Assembly (NCBI RefSeq): GCF_021869535.1
Contig: NW_026262581.1
Span: 71,052,001-71,116,000 of the forward strand
Reading direction: 5' to 3'
Length of the DNA stretch: 64,000 nt
DNA from: Mytilus californianus
Lineage: Eukaryota
The first letter of the stretch is position 1, and the number at the start of each line of letters is the position of its first letter. Below are positions 52,577 through 64,000 of the stretch, piece after piece. Made by a program: the position numbers and the translations under genes. The notes under the pieces were generated by a model. That model was given only the letters and a program-made list of their open reading frames with translations. It was not told where the DNA came from and searched no databases.

Positions 52577-53089
52577 AAGGGTTACGATCCACTTCCCTCC
52601 TCTCCACCCTTGGCGGATTGGTATAGAATTTCGGAGACACAAGGTAATGATTTTCATTGGTTGCAGTCGAAACTCGCTGCATCCAATCAAAAAGCGCCTA
52701 TAACATGATCACGTGTAAATGTAGAAGGTGTATGTAAACAATTGGCACGTGCTTATTGTGCAACAAGTCTTTACATCCCTAAACATACGACTATATTTAG
52801 TGACAATTTGAATGTTTTTAATCAATTAATAGAAGTTCCTGTGTATGTTTCTTGCACAAATGCATGAATGTCAACGTATATTTTCGTTTCCTGCTTTATC
52901 AAGTGTGTAGAATCTAAATGCTACCGTGTTTTTACCTCCAAATTGAAGTTCAAGTGCTACCATTGGTCAAGAATAATGTATTTGGAATGGGCGTGACTTT
53001 AATCTACCGATAGATGGCGCAACATTGTTATCACAAATGTTGGCTTAATCTGCCAAGGGTGGAGAGGAGGGAAGTGGATCGTAACCTTG
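52577..53089. repeat. Module bounded by about 44-bp inverted repeats
   Basis: CAAGGGTTACGATCCACTTCCCTCCTCTCCACCCTTGGCGGATT / AATCTGCCAAGGGTGGAGAGGAGGGAAGTGGATCGTAACCTTG. Confidence 0.88.
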
Positions 53090-53143
53090 TATCTTGTGTT
53101 ATATTAAGGTATATAGAATTTTTTTCTGAGACAAGTGCCTGTG

Positions 53144-53220
53144 TAATGGTCATAGAAGATTGGAACATCCAACGTCCTGAGCGTGGATTTATCCCTGATG
53201 TACATTAAAAAGTCATATAA
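53144..53220. repeat. Last unit of the 73-bp satellite
   Basis: Continues the array exactly after the TSD. Confidence 0.9.
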
Positions 53221-53811
53221 AAAATCACTCCTTTTACAAATCGTCTATCATACTGTTATACTCGGTTCATAGCTGGACATCAGAAACGTACTTTTCTCTT
53301 CTGTTTTACAATATTTTTTCATGAAATTAAGAAATCAGCGAGATTAATAAATATTTTATATGAAAATATTAACTTTATATTAAGAAAATATGTTTTTCTA
53401 CAAAAAAAGTTGACCGGACGGGTTACACATTCGGCGATGTACGCTTTGAATGAATTGAACTGATCAATAAAAAGTGTTCATATGTCTTTTGTTTTACAAT
53501 ATTTTTTCATGAAATTAAAAAATCTGAGAGATTAATGAATCTATTTAAAACAAAAGAGATTATATTACCACTTTTTGTCGACCACTTCAAAAATTGACAA
53601 AATATCCAAAGTGTACATCGACGACTGTGAAATCCGTCCGGTCAACTTTTTTTGCTCAAAAATATTTTTTTTTCTTCAGATTTTCATTAAATATAGTTTA
53701 TTATCTCAAAGGTCTCCAAAAATGAAAAAAATCTATCAAATAACAAAAAAGTTATGATCATTTATATTTCATCCGGTCATGATCCTGTCACCATCCGATC
53801 GTCCTGTCATT

Positions 53812-56800
53812 AGTAAGATAACTTTATTGCAAAACATGAAACCCTGGCGGGTTAAAATGCAAACATAGTACATTGTATACACAAGTGACAAGAAACATAA
53901 TACATGATAAATGTTTAAAACAAGTCAAGTTGATATTAATAATATATATATATATATATATATAATAATTGACCAATGTGGACCCTATTTTCGCAATTCC
54001 ATAGATTGCTTTATATAGTCTACAACACTAGACAAAATATCTTTATTGGGATCTAGAATAGTTTTAAGTTTAGAGTTTGAGTCAAGCTGGTTAAAATTAG
54101 GATAATGGGTTTTATTTGCATTTATAAGGGAATGTCTTACATTACTGTTAATTTGGCAATGAAGGAAAAAGTGTTCCTCATCATCTAAAATTTTACAAAC
54201 TTTGCACAGCCTGTGTTCTCTTTGAATTTTTTTATAACGTCCTAATTCAATTTCCAAATTATGATCACTTACAAGTAATTTTGTTAAAAGTTGACGACTA
54301 TTAAAATTGTTTAGATTGTGCAAGTAGTCCTCCAATTTAATTTCATTTTTAAGTTTACTATAAAGATAAAGTTTTGAACTGTTATCAATATTTGAAAGTT
54401 TTTGAAGAGTGATGTTATTATACTTTTCCTTCACAATATGTTTAAAAGTTTTTTTGAGTGAATTTTTTATAAGTTTAAAAGGTTTATCAAAATCAACATA
54501 TTCTTCTTCATCAATATTAAATTCTTTAAAAATATGCTTGGCAAAAGTATACCAAGTATATATTCCATCTTCAGACATAGACTTATTTACTGCAAAAGCT
54601 TCTCTAACAAGAGGGTTTATTTCATGGCAGTTTATTCTACAAAAATATAATAAAACTATAGTTTTAATAAAGGAGTCAAGCGGAAAACGTCCTAACTCAG
54701 ACTTTGCAGCTATATTACATGAGTTTTTTTTAATTCCAAGAACAGTTTTACAAAATTTATGATGCACTTTCTTAAAGCTGAATCTATCTGCCAATGATAA
54801 AATATCACAGTTAGTTCCATGCAAAGTGGCTCTATTTATGGCTCTAAAAATTGAGTAATAATCTTCCATAAACCAGATCTCGCTATTATATAAAATTATG
54901 GGTTTAATTAGTGAATCAAATAATTTACATGATAAATCAACAGGAACATGATGAAAATTAGACATATATTTTTTAAATGAAAATAACGCTTTAAGCACTT
55001 TCTTGGATAGTTCATGTGTAGATCCCTTAAATTTTCCTTTATTATCAATAATGTTCCCAAGAAAATTATACTCTTTAACTTCAGTTTACTGATTTTGTTT
55101 ATAAAAAAATTTTGACTCAAAAGAATTTCTAGAATGAAAAATCATAATTTTTGTTTTATTTGTATTTACAGTCAGTTGCCATTTGTAGCAATATTTTTCC
55201 AGTTTATTCAAAGCAGATTGTAAACTGTTTTGTGATTCTGATAATATTAAAAGATCATCAGCAAAACTAAGACTACTTATTGATGTTTTATCTAAGGACA
55301 CAGGATCACATGTCCCATCAAAAATTGAATGGAGATCATTAATAAAACAATTAAACAATGTGGGGCTCAAACTGTCCCCTTGTTTGACCCCTTTATTTAT
55401 TTCAAAAAATTCAGATTGTTTATTATCTATTTTAACTGAAGATTCACAACACTTATATATATCTTTAATACAAATATTTTCTTTCTAACATCATCCTTTT
55501 TTAATTTGTATAAGAGACCAGCATGCCAAACGGTGTCAAATGCACGACGCAAATCAACAAAGCAAGAGTAAATTTTACTCTTCTTTTTTGTCAAATACTT
55601 TATTATTAAAGTTTTTAGAATAAAAATACTATTTGCTGTCCTATGATTATTTCTAAATCCAAATTGATGAACTGAAAACTTTTCTTCATAATAAGTTACA
55701 ACTCTAGAATTAATAACAGCACTAAAAAGTTTAGCAATACAATTTTGAAAGGAAATTCCCCTATAATTATTAATATCTAGCTTGTCTCCAGCTTTATGAA
55801 TAAGTATGGTAAAAGATTTTCTCCAGTTTGATGGATATTTACCAGAATCAAGAATTAAATTAAAAAGCTTAGTAATAGCTTTACAAGTAACAACACCACT
55901 ATATTTAATCATTTCATTAGAAATTTGATCTGGACCAGAGCTTTTCCCAGTTTTTAATTTTTGTATACATTTATTTACTTCATTGATAGTAAAAGGTTTA
56001 TCAGTTACCTCATTGAATAAAAGTGCATCAGTTTCATTTAATATATCGGTTTCAATTTTAGTTTTAAATTCTTTATCATAGTTTACAGTCTCTCCTTGAT
56101 GCTTAAATGATCAATAATTTCTGGAAAACCAGCTTGAAGCTCAATTTTATTATTAGTGTTCTCATATTTTAATGATTTTAATAATTTCCAATATTGTTTA
56201 GGGTCTGTATCTCTAAGGGCTGAAAGCTTACTAAATATTTCCTTTTTAAATTGATTTTTCTTTCTTTTTATTAATTTTTACATAGTTTACAGTGACCAAG
56301 AAAATTATTTCTTAAATTGAGGTTATAAGGATTTATTCGTAATAATTTGGCTAGATTTGATACAGTTTTCTTTACATCAGCTAGTTCTCTATCTTCCCAT
56401 GGCTTTTTCTTTTTTAATTTCTTTTTACGAAAGGATTTAATAATTTTACATGAGCGCATGGTTAATGTTTTAAATATATTATTTAGTTGTTGTTCTGCTC
56501 TCTCAACCCCAGAACAATTTATTTCAAATGGTGTATTTTCATAACCAAGTATTTCATCTCTAGTGCTGCTTTCTTCTAAAACAGTATATAATTTTTCCTT
56601 AGAAATAGTCTCCCATTTAAATGTCATATCTATCTCACTGTATTTTCTATCTATATTCATATTTTGAATGGATATACAACCTTTTAAAAAGACTACAATT
56701 TGAGCATGATCAGATAAATATGAAGGTTCTAAAATTTGAAAAAAAAACTAACAGAGTTAATAAGGTCCACACTGGTCAAGGCATAGTCAACAGTACTACA

Positions 56801-57285
56801 CCCACTGGGTTTAAAACAGGTCATATTTCCCAGCATATCACCAATAAAACGACCGTTCAAAACTCTTAGCTGAGAGGCGATACAGAGATCAATCAATTGC
56901 TGGCCTTTGGAATTAAAAACTTTATCTACAGAATTTCTATCTATATTAAAATCTTGAACATAGTCATAGTCCTCTGGAAGTATATCTTGTAGAGAGCTAT
57001 GAATTTTATTTTCATCTGCAATAAAATCATCATGATTTGCAATTCGAGCATTCAAATCCCCAATTACCAGAACATTACCTTTATCAGACACTTAGGTAAT
57101 TTCTGTCTCCAATTTTAAGAAATCATCATCATAGTGGGGAGAATTTAGTGGGGGGGCCTAAGTGGCACAAACAAATAAATCTTTTTCAAGGCCAAAAAAG
57201 TTCTTATCTAATTTAATCCATAAACAGTTTTTTGATGAAGTTAAATCTTTTATTTCAATTATCCCTTTATGGATATGGGATTTAT
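53812..57285 (-). mobile_element. Decayed APE-type LINE ORF2 (EN-RT-CCHC), 5'-truncated; clade not determined
   Basis: GDLNAR...DYAL (56729..57091), YRGIS/QFGFR/CFVDLRRAFDTVWH (55427..55912), SPTLFN...FADD (55086..55370), and ELGRFPL...CKVC...DEEHFFLHC (53985..54998). The 3' UTR has (TA)n and AATAAA. Confidence 0.92.
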
Positions 57286-58315
57286 TACCGTATCACCATA
57301 CGGTCTGATTAGTCAGAGGCTGGACGTCTGGAATGTGGTTAATCTGTTAACGGTATCTCATTGGTTATAAATAAAATTAAATGGCTGCATCTCAGCTGCT
57401 TCCAGGCTGCTTCTGGGGGAAGTGAAGGATATCTTAACGTCTGATTGGCTATTATTGAGTGGTTGCATTATATGTCAACGCGTCCGTAAATGGGGTCGGA
57501 TAAAAATCATGATAGTAGGTCATCGGAAGAAACTATAATGAAGTGTTCAATTGCTTTCATAATTTAAGCCAAATTTAATTCACGAAGCCCTGTCAATTTG
57601 AGCAAATAATATCATTCTGTGATGATGAAATTTATGTTATCTTGAAATTTTGTTGCAATTTTGGTACAAAGGTGTGTATTTATGGATTATTAATGTTCTT
57701 TCAAAAACAAAACAATAATACATCTAATCTTCACTTTATGGTGCGTATTGAAACATATTTTGTTATATTTCTTCTGAACTATAATTCTAAATAGTAAATA
57801 CACAAAACGTGTGCTCTATGATTAAAAATGTTATCCTCATATTTTCATTGCTTGAACATATTGATTAAAAAATATTCAAATCACGGAATTTACCGTATTG
57901 ATACGAAGATGTCCTTTTGTTTCCCCGCGCATTCACCGCTTCATTGATTTCTGATGTAAACAAAACAGACAATTGCCGATAAACAGCTCATTAGAAGAAT
58001 AGAAAACAAACAAGGTGAGTAATATGGTTGCGTGTGTGCAAGGAAACAAACACCAAGCATCACGGTTTAGTTATGGGCAAGGGTTTCAGTGCACTATAGT
58101 TTGTTTAATGACCCCTCTAGCTGGACGTCTACGATGATAGATGAAATTAAAAAAGGCAGCAATGAGCAATTTGAATTAATATGCCTGAAAAACCAGGATA
58201 CTTGCAACACAGCGAGGTCCAAAATGATGTTCGCATGTGGGGTAGACAGTTTAATGTACTCGTACATGATGATTTATTCTTTGGAGTCGTTGTACACCCC
58301 AGGTGGATCCAAAAG

Positions 58316-58505
58316 CAGTGGCGGATCCAGAACTTTTCATAAGGGGGGCCCGCTCCAGTCATGCTTCAGTGATTCCCTATATAATCAACCAAATTTTTCC
58401 CACGAAAAGGGGGGGGGCCTGGGGCCAGGGCCCCCCTAGATCCACCTATGAAAAGGGGTGATTATATAGGCCCCCCCTTCATGAAAAGTTCTGGATTTGC
58501 CACTG
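58316..58505. mobile_element. MITE with CAGTGGCGGATCCAG-type TIRs
   Basis: CAGTGGCGGATCCAGAACTTTTCATAAGGGGGGCC / GGCCCCCCCTTCATGAAAAGTTCTGGATTTGCCACTG. Confidence 0.8.
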
Positions 58506-58551
58506 TACACAGTGGCCCTCAGCAGTCATTGTTAATTGATATATCAACAGC

Positions 58552-59949
58552 CAGGGGCGTAGCTACCTGGAAGCATGACAGCACGTGCATCCACATCGTT
58601 TTCACCAAAAAAAAAAAAAGAGAGAGAGAGAGAGAGAGACAAAGTTAACTTAAAGGAATTGGTCTTTCTATGTATGTATTTTAAAAACTACACAAAGAAT
58701 AAAAGCAAGAATAAACATGCAGCGAAATTTTCAGTCCTGTATTAAGGCATGTATGTGTACGATAAATACATACAACTGGTGTAAACATAGTGTAAACATA
58801 GTGGAACATATTGGAACTTTTTATATTACGGACATTGTTTAGAAAAACAGCTACATAATTGTCGATACCACCACCATAACGTATACTAGCCTTTCGCTTC
58901 GCCCCAAAGCACAGATCTTACTAGAACTAAGACTCTTCAACTCGTATCGATCCGGGAATAACGACTGTTACCTTGTGAACTAGTTCAGAAATGGACCAAG
59001 TATGTAGGTCTTGACAACACGAATACTTCATTTTCACATCACATCAACGTATTCTCATCCTGGTGTGCATGTAATATTTGCTACTGGACAATAATAACCA
59101 TTCAATCAATCAATAGTTTCCGTAAACTAACAGACGAGAAGTTGGAACTGCTGTTATTATAAAAAAAGTACACATTTCCAGTACATGTATTACGTTTTTT
59201 TATTTATTTTACTAAAAAACATCTTGTATACTGAACTATTTGGTCATTCAATTTTATAATGAATTTTCTGTCCGAGTCGGACACTAAACTGCGGACTCTT
59301 GTTCGAACGAAACACAAAACTTTTAATACACGTATCTTCACTGTTATCATCTAGATATTGCAATACAACTTGTCGAATGCATATGTATTTGTTAATTAGC
59401 TGGATAATGAACAAACGCAGATCATGAAAAGATCGTGATCAAAGTACCATTCCCTCTGAAAAAGTTCCTTAATTTCAACTTCGAGAATTATATAACTGCG
59501 TAAAATAAGAAATTTCTATCTCTCTTTTGTAGAATTTACCCACAGAATTTTTAAACATCAAATTACATATGTTCAGCAAAATATTGGAGAATGTGTCCAC
59601 CAAGTGTTTGGTATCAAAAGATGTTTATGCTAACAGAAACTCCACATATAGTATTGTGTTGATGTTTATTGTTTGTTTTTTATCCATCTACTTTGCTCAA
59701 TACAAATACTAGCATATGGAACAAACCTCCGTGATTTTAAAAGCTCTCATGGCGTACAAAAAACGCAAACGACAATGTTTAGTCTTCATTCGACTCGAAG
59801 TTAAACAAATAGTTGACCAAAAAAACACAACAAAAATATACAAGTTTTATTACGGTTGTGATTGTTTTGAAACGCTATATATGCGGCCCCCAGACCCCTC
59901 GCCCTTTAGTTTGTGATTCCACTTCATAAAGAAGGTAGCTACGCCCCTG
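58552..59949. mobile_element. 1.4-kb non-autonomous TIR element
   Basis: Perfect 16-bp TIR CAGGGGCGTAGCTACC / GGTAGCTACGCCCCTG, flanked by ACAGC on both sides. Confidence 0.75.
58900..59115 (+). mobile_element. Degenerate SINE-like fragment
   Basis: Ends TTGCTACTGGAC...(TCAA)n. A similar tail occurs near 32350-32415. Confidence 0.4.
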
Positions 59950-60983
59950 ACAGCACTGAGAACTGCATTTGACAAATGTTTGATATAGATAAATCCAATT
60001 CTAATTTGTTCACATTACAATGTACAATGTATCAGGTCTTACAATAAGTATATTTCGTCGTGATGATAATTACTATTTGTTTTGATTCACATGCTGGAGA
60101 TAATCAAGGTTTCCCATTTTCAGATGGTGCTGCTATTTTGCTTACCTTTTCAAATCTGAATGAGCTGATACTATATGTATAATCATCAATATACAATGGT
60201 GCTGAGTTTAATCTATCGGCTGTATTTGTATAAGTATTTGTAATATGTGATATTGGCAGATCGAACTGACTATTTAAAGGCTCTAGTTTATGACTTGGAT
60301 GCGTTAACAATGATGGTGGTTGATAAGGAAATCCAGATCCAGGATGTTAATCCAAAACCGAACAGGTATTTTACGTATATATATTAGAATTCATCCTCCT
60401 GAACATAGTACCCATATATAATAACCATACACCTAATCACTTTATGGAATTCTGTCCCAGCTGACATGAGAATCTGTCCCGCTTCAACCATTGACATCAT
60501 ACTACAATCACTTTTCAATTGTGGCGTCAGATATTTTGTATTATGACATCAAAATTTTACGTGAACCTCTACAATTGTGATGGCCAGTAATTGCAGACAA
60601 ATAGCAATAAGTAGGATTCAAAGCAATCTTTAATAAATCAACTCTAATGAAATATTCTTATATATCTTGTATATAGATGATCACATGACATCATGAACAT
60701 AGACGTCGCTTTACCGAAAATAATTTTTTCAAATGCATCTATTGAAAATAAATTATTGCATGCCTTTCATAAGTTCTGCTTTGGACATAACTGAATAACA
60801 ATGCCGAATATAATGGAAGCATACATTAAGGTTAATTTCTTTATTTTTCACATAGCATCTGACAGCATTGAATGATACGATATGAATCAGCAGATTTATC
60901 GTTGTTTTAGAAGTTCAACGAGAAGTTATATATTTTACTTAGTTGGGTGGGTAACATAACATTTATCTTGTCATTATAATATA

Positions 60984-61170
60984 AAAAAAGATGTGGTATG
61001 ATTGCCAATGAGACAACTCTCCAAAAAAGACCAAAATGACACAGAAATAACTATAGGTCACCTTATGGCCTTCAACAATAAGCAAAGCCCATACTGCATA
61101 GTCAGCTATAAAAGGCCCCGAAATAACAATGTAAAACAATTCAAACCAGAAAACCAACGGCATAATCTAT
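60984..61170. repeat. HINE/MgE-like repeat end
   Basis: AAGATGTGGTATGATTGCCAATGAGACAACTCTCC...GACCAAATGACAC; the same start occurs at about 11193-11248. Confidence 0.55.
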
Positions 61171-64000
61171 GTTTGCTCATCATTCATCATGAAAACGATC
61201 ACATTACAAATCATTTTAGGAAAGCACTGTGTAAGCAGACATTTCAGGAAGCAACAAGTCTGTAGGCTGACTGTATATTATCTGAACAAGTTCATTTCTT
61301 GTCAACTTCATAATTATTTCAAACATTTTAATAGATGTCATCCAAATTTGGTCTACTATTAGCTTAATATTCTTGCTTTTTCAAAGTCATGTTCTTTCAT
61401 TTTTCAACTGCGCCCAGAAATATGCGGTTACCTTTAATTTCAGAAAAGGATTTAGGGAAAGGCGATCTGGGTCCCCCTTTTGAAACCTACATTTAATGTT
61501 AATGCAGACATATTACTTGTTCCAAACCAAACCTTGTCAAGTTCCGGGATCCCCGGGTACCCCTTCTTTCTATAATTCATCATTCATCTACTTTTGAATT
61601 AGTTGCTTATTTGTTATTTGGTCTATGAATATCTGTCTATATATTGACAAAAAAGTCAATGAAACCACATCTTGATGGTCCCACAAAAATGTTGATAATG
61701 TGTACATTTCATTTTTTTTTCTAGCTCCACTCATATGATAGCAGTACCTTTTTGGTCACTATTCTGTGTTGCGTCTAAATATTAATTGTAACACTTTAAA
61801 GTGACTGAACAGGTAAAACAAATACTTCTCAAGAAACAGAAAAAGAAGACTACTTGGAACATCACCAGACTATGTATGAATAAAAACTCAGATCGGAATA
61901 GCATGGATGATATATTTATACATTTTGTACATCATTGTGAATAAGCCAGGAAAGCTATTAATAATGGTGCATTTTTTTAAAGTTTATTGGGTTTTTTAGT
62001 CAAAAAGGCAAAACTAACTTTAATGAAACTTTCAGACAATATGAGAAGTGTTTCATTCACCAAAACACTCTTGCGATTCTGCCAAAAAAAAATCATGCAT
62101 GATTTTGTGAATGAAAGGGGAAAGAAGATCCTGACACAGCGCACCTGAGCATGTCAATTGCGAACTGACCCAATAATTTATATATCACGACCAGTCAACT
62201 GATACTGACATTATCAGAGAGTACACATTAAAGGAAAAATACACAAATTACCGATAAATTGTTAAATATGATATCATAGAATTAAATATGTTTTATTACA
62301 AAAAAATATGTTCTCAATCTTGTCGATAGATAACAGAATGTCATATCAGTACCAAAGACAACTCTCCATCCAAGTCACAATTTGTAAAAGTAAACCATTA
62401 TAGGTTGAAGTACGGTCTTCAACATGAGGCCTTGGTTCACACCAAACAGCAAGTTATATAATCCATATCAATCATGACAATAAACATAAAGAAACAAAAC
62501 AACTATCGCTTACTAATAATCCTGACTACTAGTATATGTATTACATGAACTTGTTGCCATTAGAAATGAAAATATAAATATTCCAACTAACAAAAGCATA
62601 TGCTTACACATGCAACCAAATATAAAGCACTAAATGATAATACCAATATGAAGCTCTCATCTATAGAACTTACAAAAAAAATGTCAAGATTACAAACCGC
62701 AACAAAATAATAAAAAATATAAAAAGCCAGCTGACAACATGTTCTAGAAAATTATTTGCAATTAATATTTCATTCCAAATCCATTACCACAAAACATCTT
62801 CTTACAGTTATACTACATCTGGAAATTAGTAATAACAACACTTAATCTGTACCTTCAAAACTAATTGCTTCTTCTAAGACAAAAGCCAGATGAGATATTC
62901 ATCACTTGTAGTGCTCCAGCTAGAAATAGAAAGGGGCAGGGTGCCAGTGAAAGGCAGGGCACTTTTTTTTATAGGAAAAGGCACTTCTCATTTCTTTTGT
63001 CTACGTTTCTGTGTGTATCACGAGTTCCCTTTTTTTTTTTACTGTATATGTTGTTAATAAAGATTGTCTAGCAGTAATCCTCAAAAGTAAATAATACGTT
63101 TTTCTTATCAACTTGATAACCTTGCTAACTATTACATAACTGTCAAGACACAGTATGCATGTTAAAACTACTCGTATTGTCATAAAGAGTAAACAATCAT
63201 ATTCCACAAAACAAACAAAAAAGTGTTTGTATCGTTACTTTAGATATTACAAACCATATATATATATATATTATCATATGTGACTATCAAGCCTCCTTCA
63301 ATGATAACCCTGATTCACCAATACTACAACTAAAATCAAAAACCAGGAGAAAAAAGACACTATATATTCTAATGCTTGGAGTGCAAGATTCCAATAAAAA
63401 ACCCTATACCCACAAACCACCGATCTCAATACATGTATAAGCGGCTAAAATACGGCAAGCTTTTTAGAAAAGCTATTACTTGTAAAGAATAATAATTCCA
63501 CCACTAAATCGTTTAGAGCGTCTATTCGTGCAACCCACTTTTCAAGAGATTTCCTCACAGTAACATTTATGATTTCATTTTGTACCTTTTTAAATTTAAA
63601 AATGAACAAAACAACTACGGCCATAAACGAAAATGATAATAAAATTCAAACGCTTATTACAAATTGGTCCATAGATCAATCCCGTTGAAAGAATTATTAA
63701 ATAAAGTTAAACAAAACAAGACTGTTACCGTCAAATAACTTGATGAGGCATAAAGAGGTTGTCCTTTTAATGTAAAGTTTCGGTGATTTTTTAATTCAAA
63801 AACCTTTGAGTATTCAGATGTAAAAGAAATGATTCCAAACCATTACTTTCTCACAAAATACAACTTTTCTGCAAGAGCTCGACAATTACCGAAAAGAACT
63901 GTGACTATTACGACATTTGTTGTTATTAAATTGAGGTCTTGATTATCTTTGAAAGTGCTTTGGCTTATACAACGTACATTGTTTGAATATAAGAATCACT

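Larger units (their letters stand above)
48986..53143 (-). mobile_element. Non-autonomous Mutator-like element with intron-containing ZSWIM3-like gene remnant; about 55-bp TIRs, 8-bp TSD
   Basis: TAATGGTC at 48978-48985 and 53144-53151. TIR CACAGGCACTTGTCTCAGAAAAA... / ...TTTTTCTGAGACAAGTGCCTGTG. Confidence 0.85.

Noticed and set aside
53400-53430. GGGTTACA as the distal end of the Gypsy 5' LTR
   Set aside because: It belongs to a local 20-bp inverted repeat pair (about 53402-53421 and 53635-53653) and does not match the sequence following the PPT.

Overview
AT-rich eukaryotic genomic DNA. The SINE, HINE/MITE and Gypsy repeat types resemble those of bivalve molluscs (Mytilus-like); this assignment is inferred from remembered repeat families, not from a search. 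No intact host gene, rRNA, true tRNA or CRISPR array is recognisable. The window is a nested collection of decayed transposable elements: several LINE remnants, tRNA-derived SINEs, non-autonomous DNA transposons (Kolobok-, piggyBac-, Harbinger-like, HINE/Helentron-like), three tandem-repeat systems (about 1 kb, 37 bp, 73 bp) and an intron-containing Mutator-like element with an 8-bp TSD. The main feature is a decayed Ty3/Gypsy LTR retrotransposon on the minus strand (about 35990-44790). It has a tRNA-Leu PBS and gag-PR-RT-RH-IN. Just downstream of integrase and a PPT-like tract it carries an extra reading frame of about 447 codons. This frame starts at a splice acceptor, is broken by one TAG, and encodes two zinc-finger motifs, a K/E coiled coil, a Pro/acidic linker and a KCTD-type BTB (T1) domain. 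It may lie inside the 3' LTR U3. The surviving 5' LTR part carries a dense GGTTGA motif cluster. A retrotransposon-borne zinc-finger/BTB regulator with a candidate target motif in its own LTR is the best candidate here for an undescribed system.
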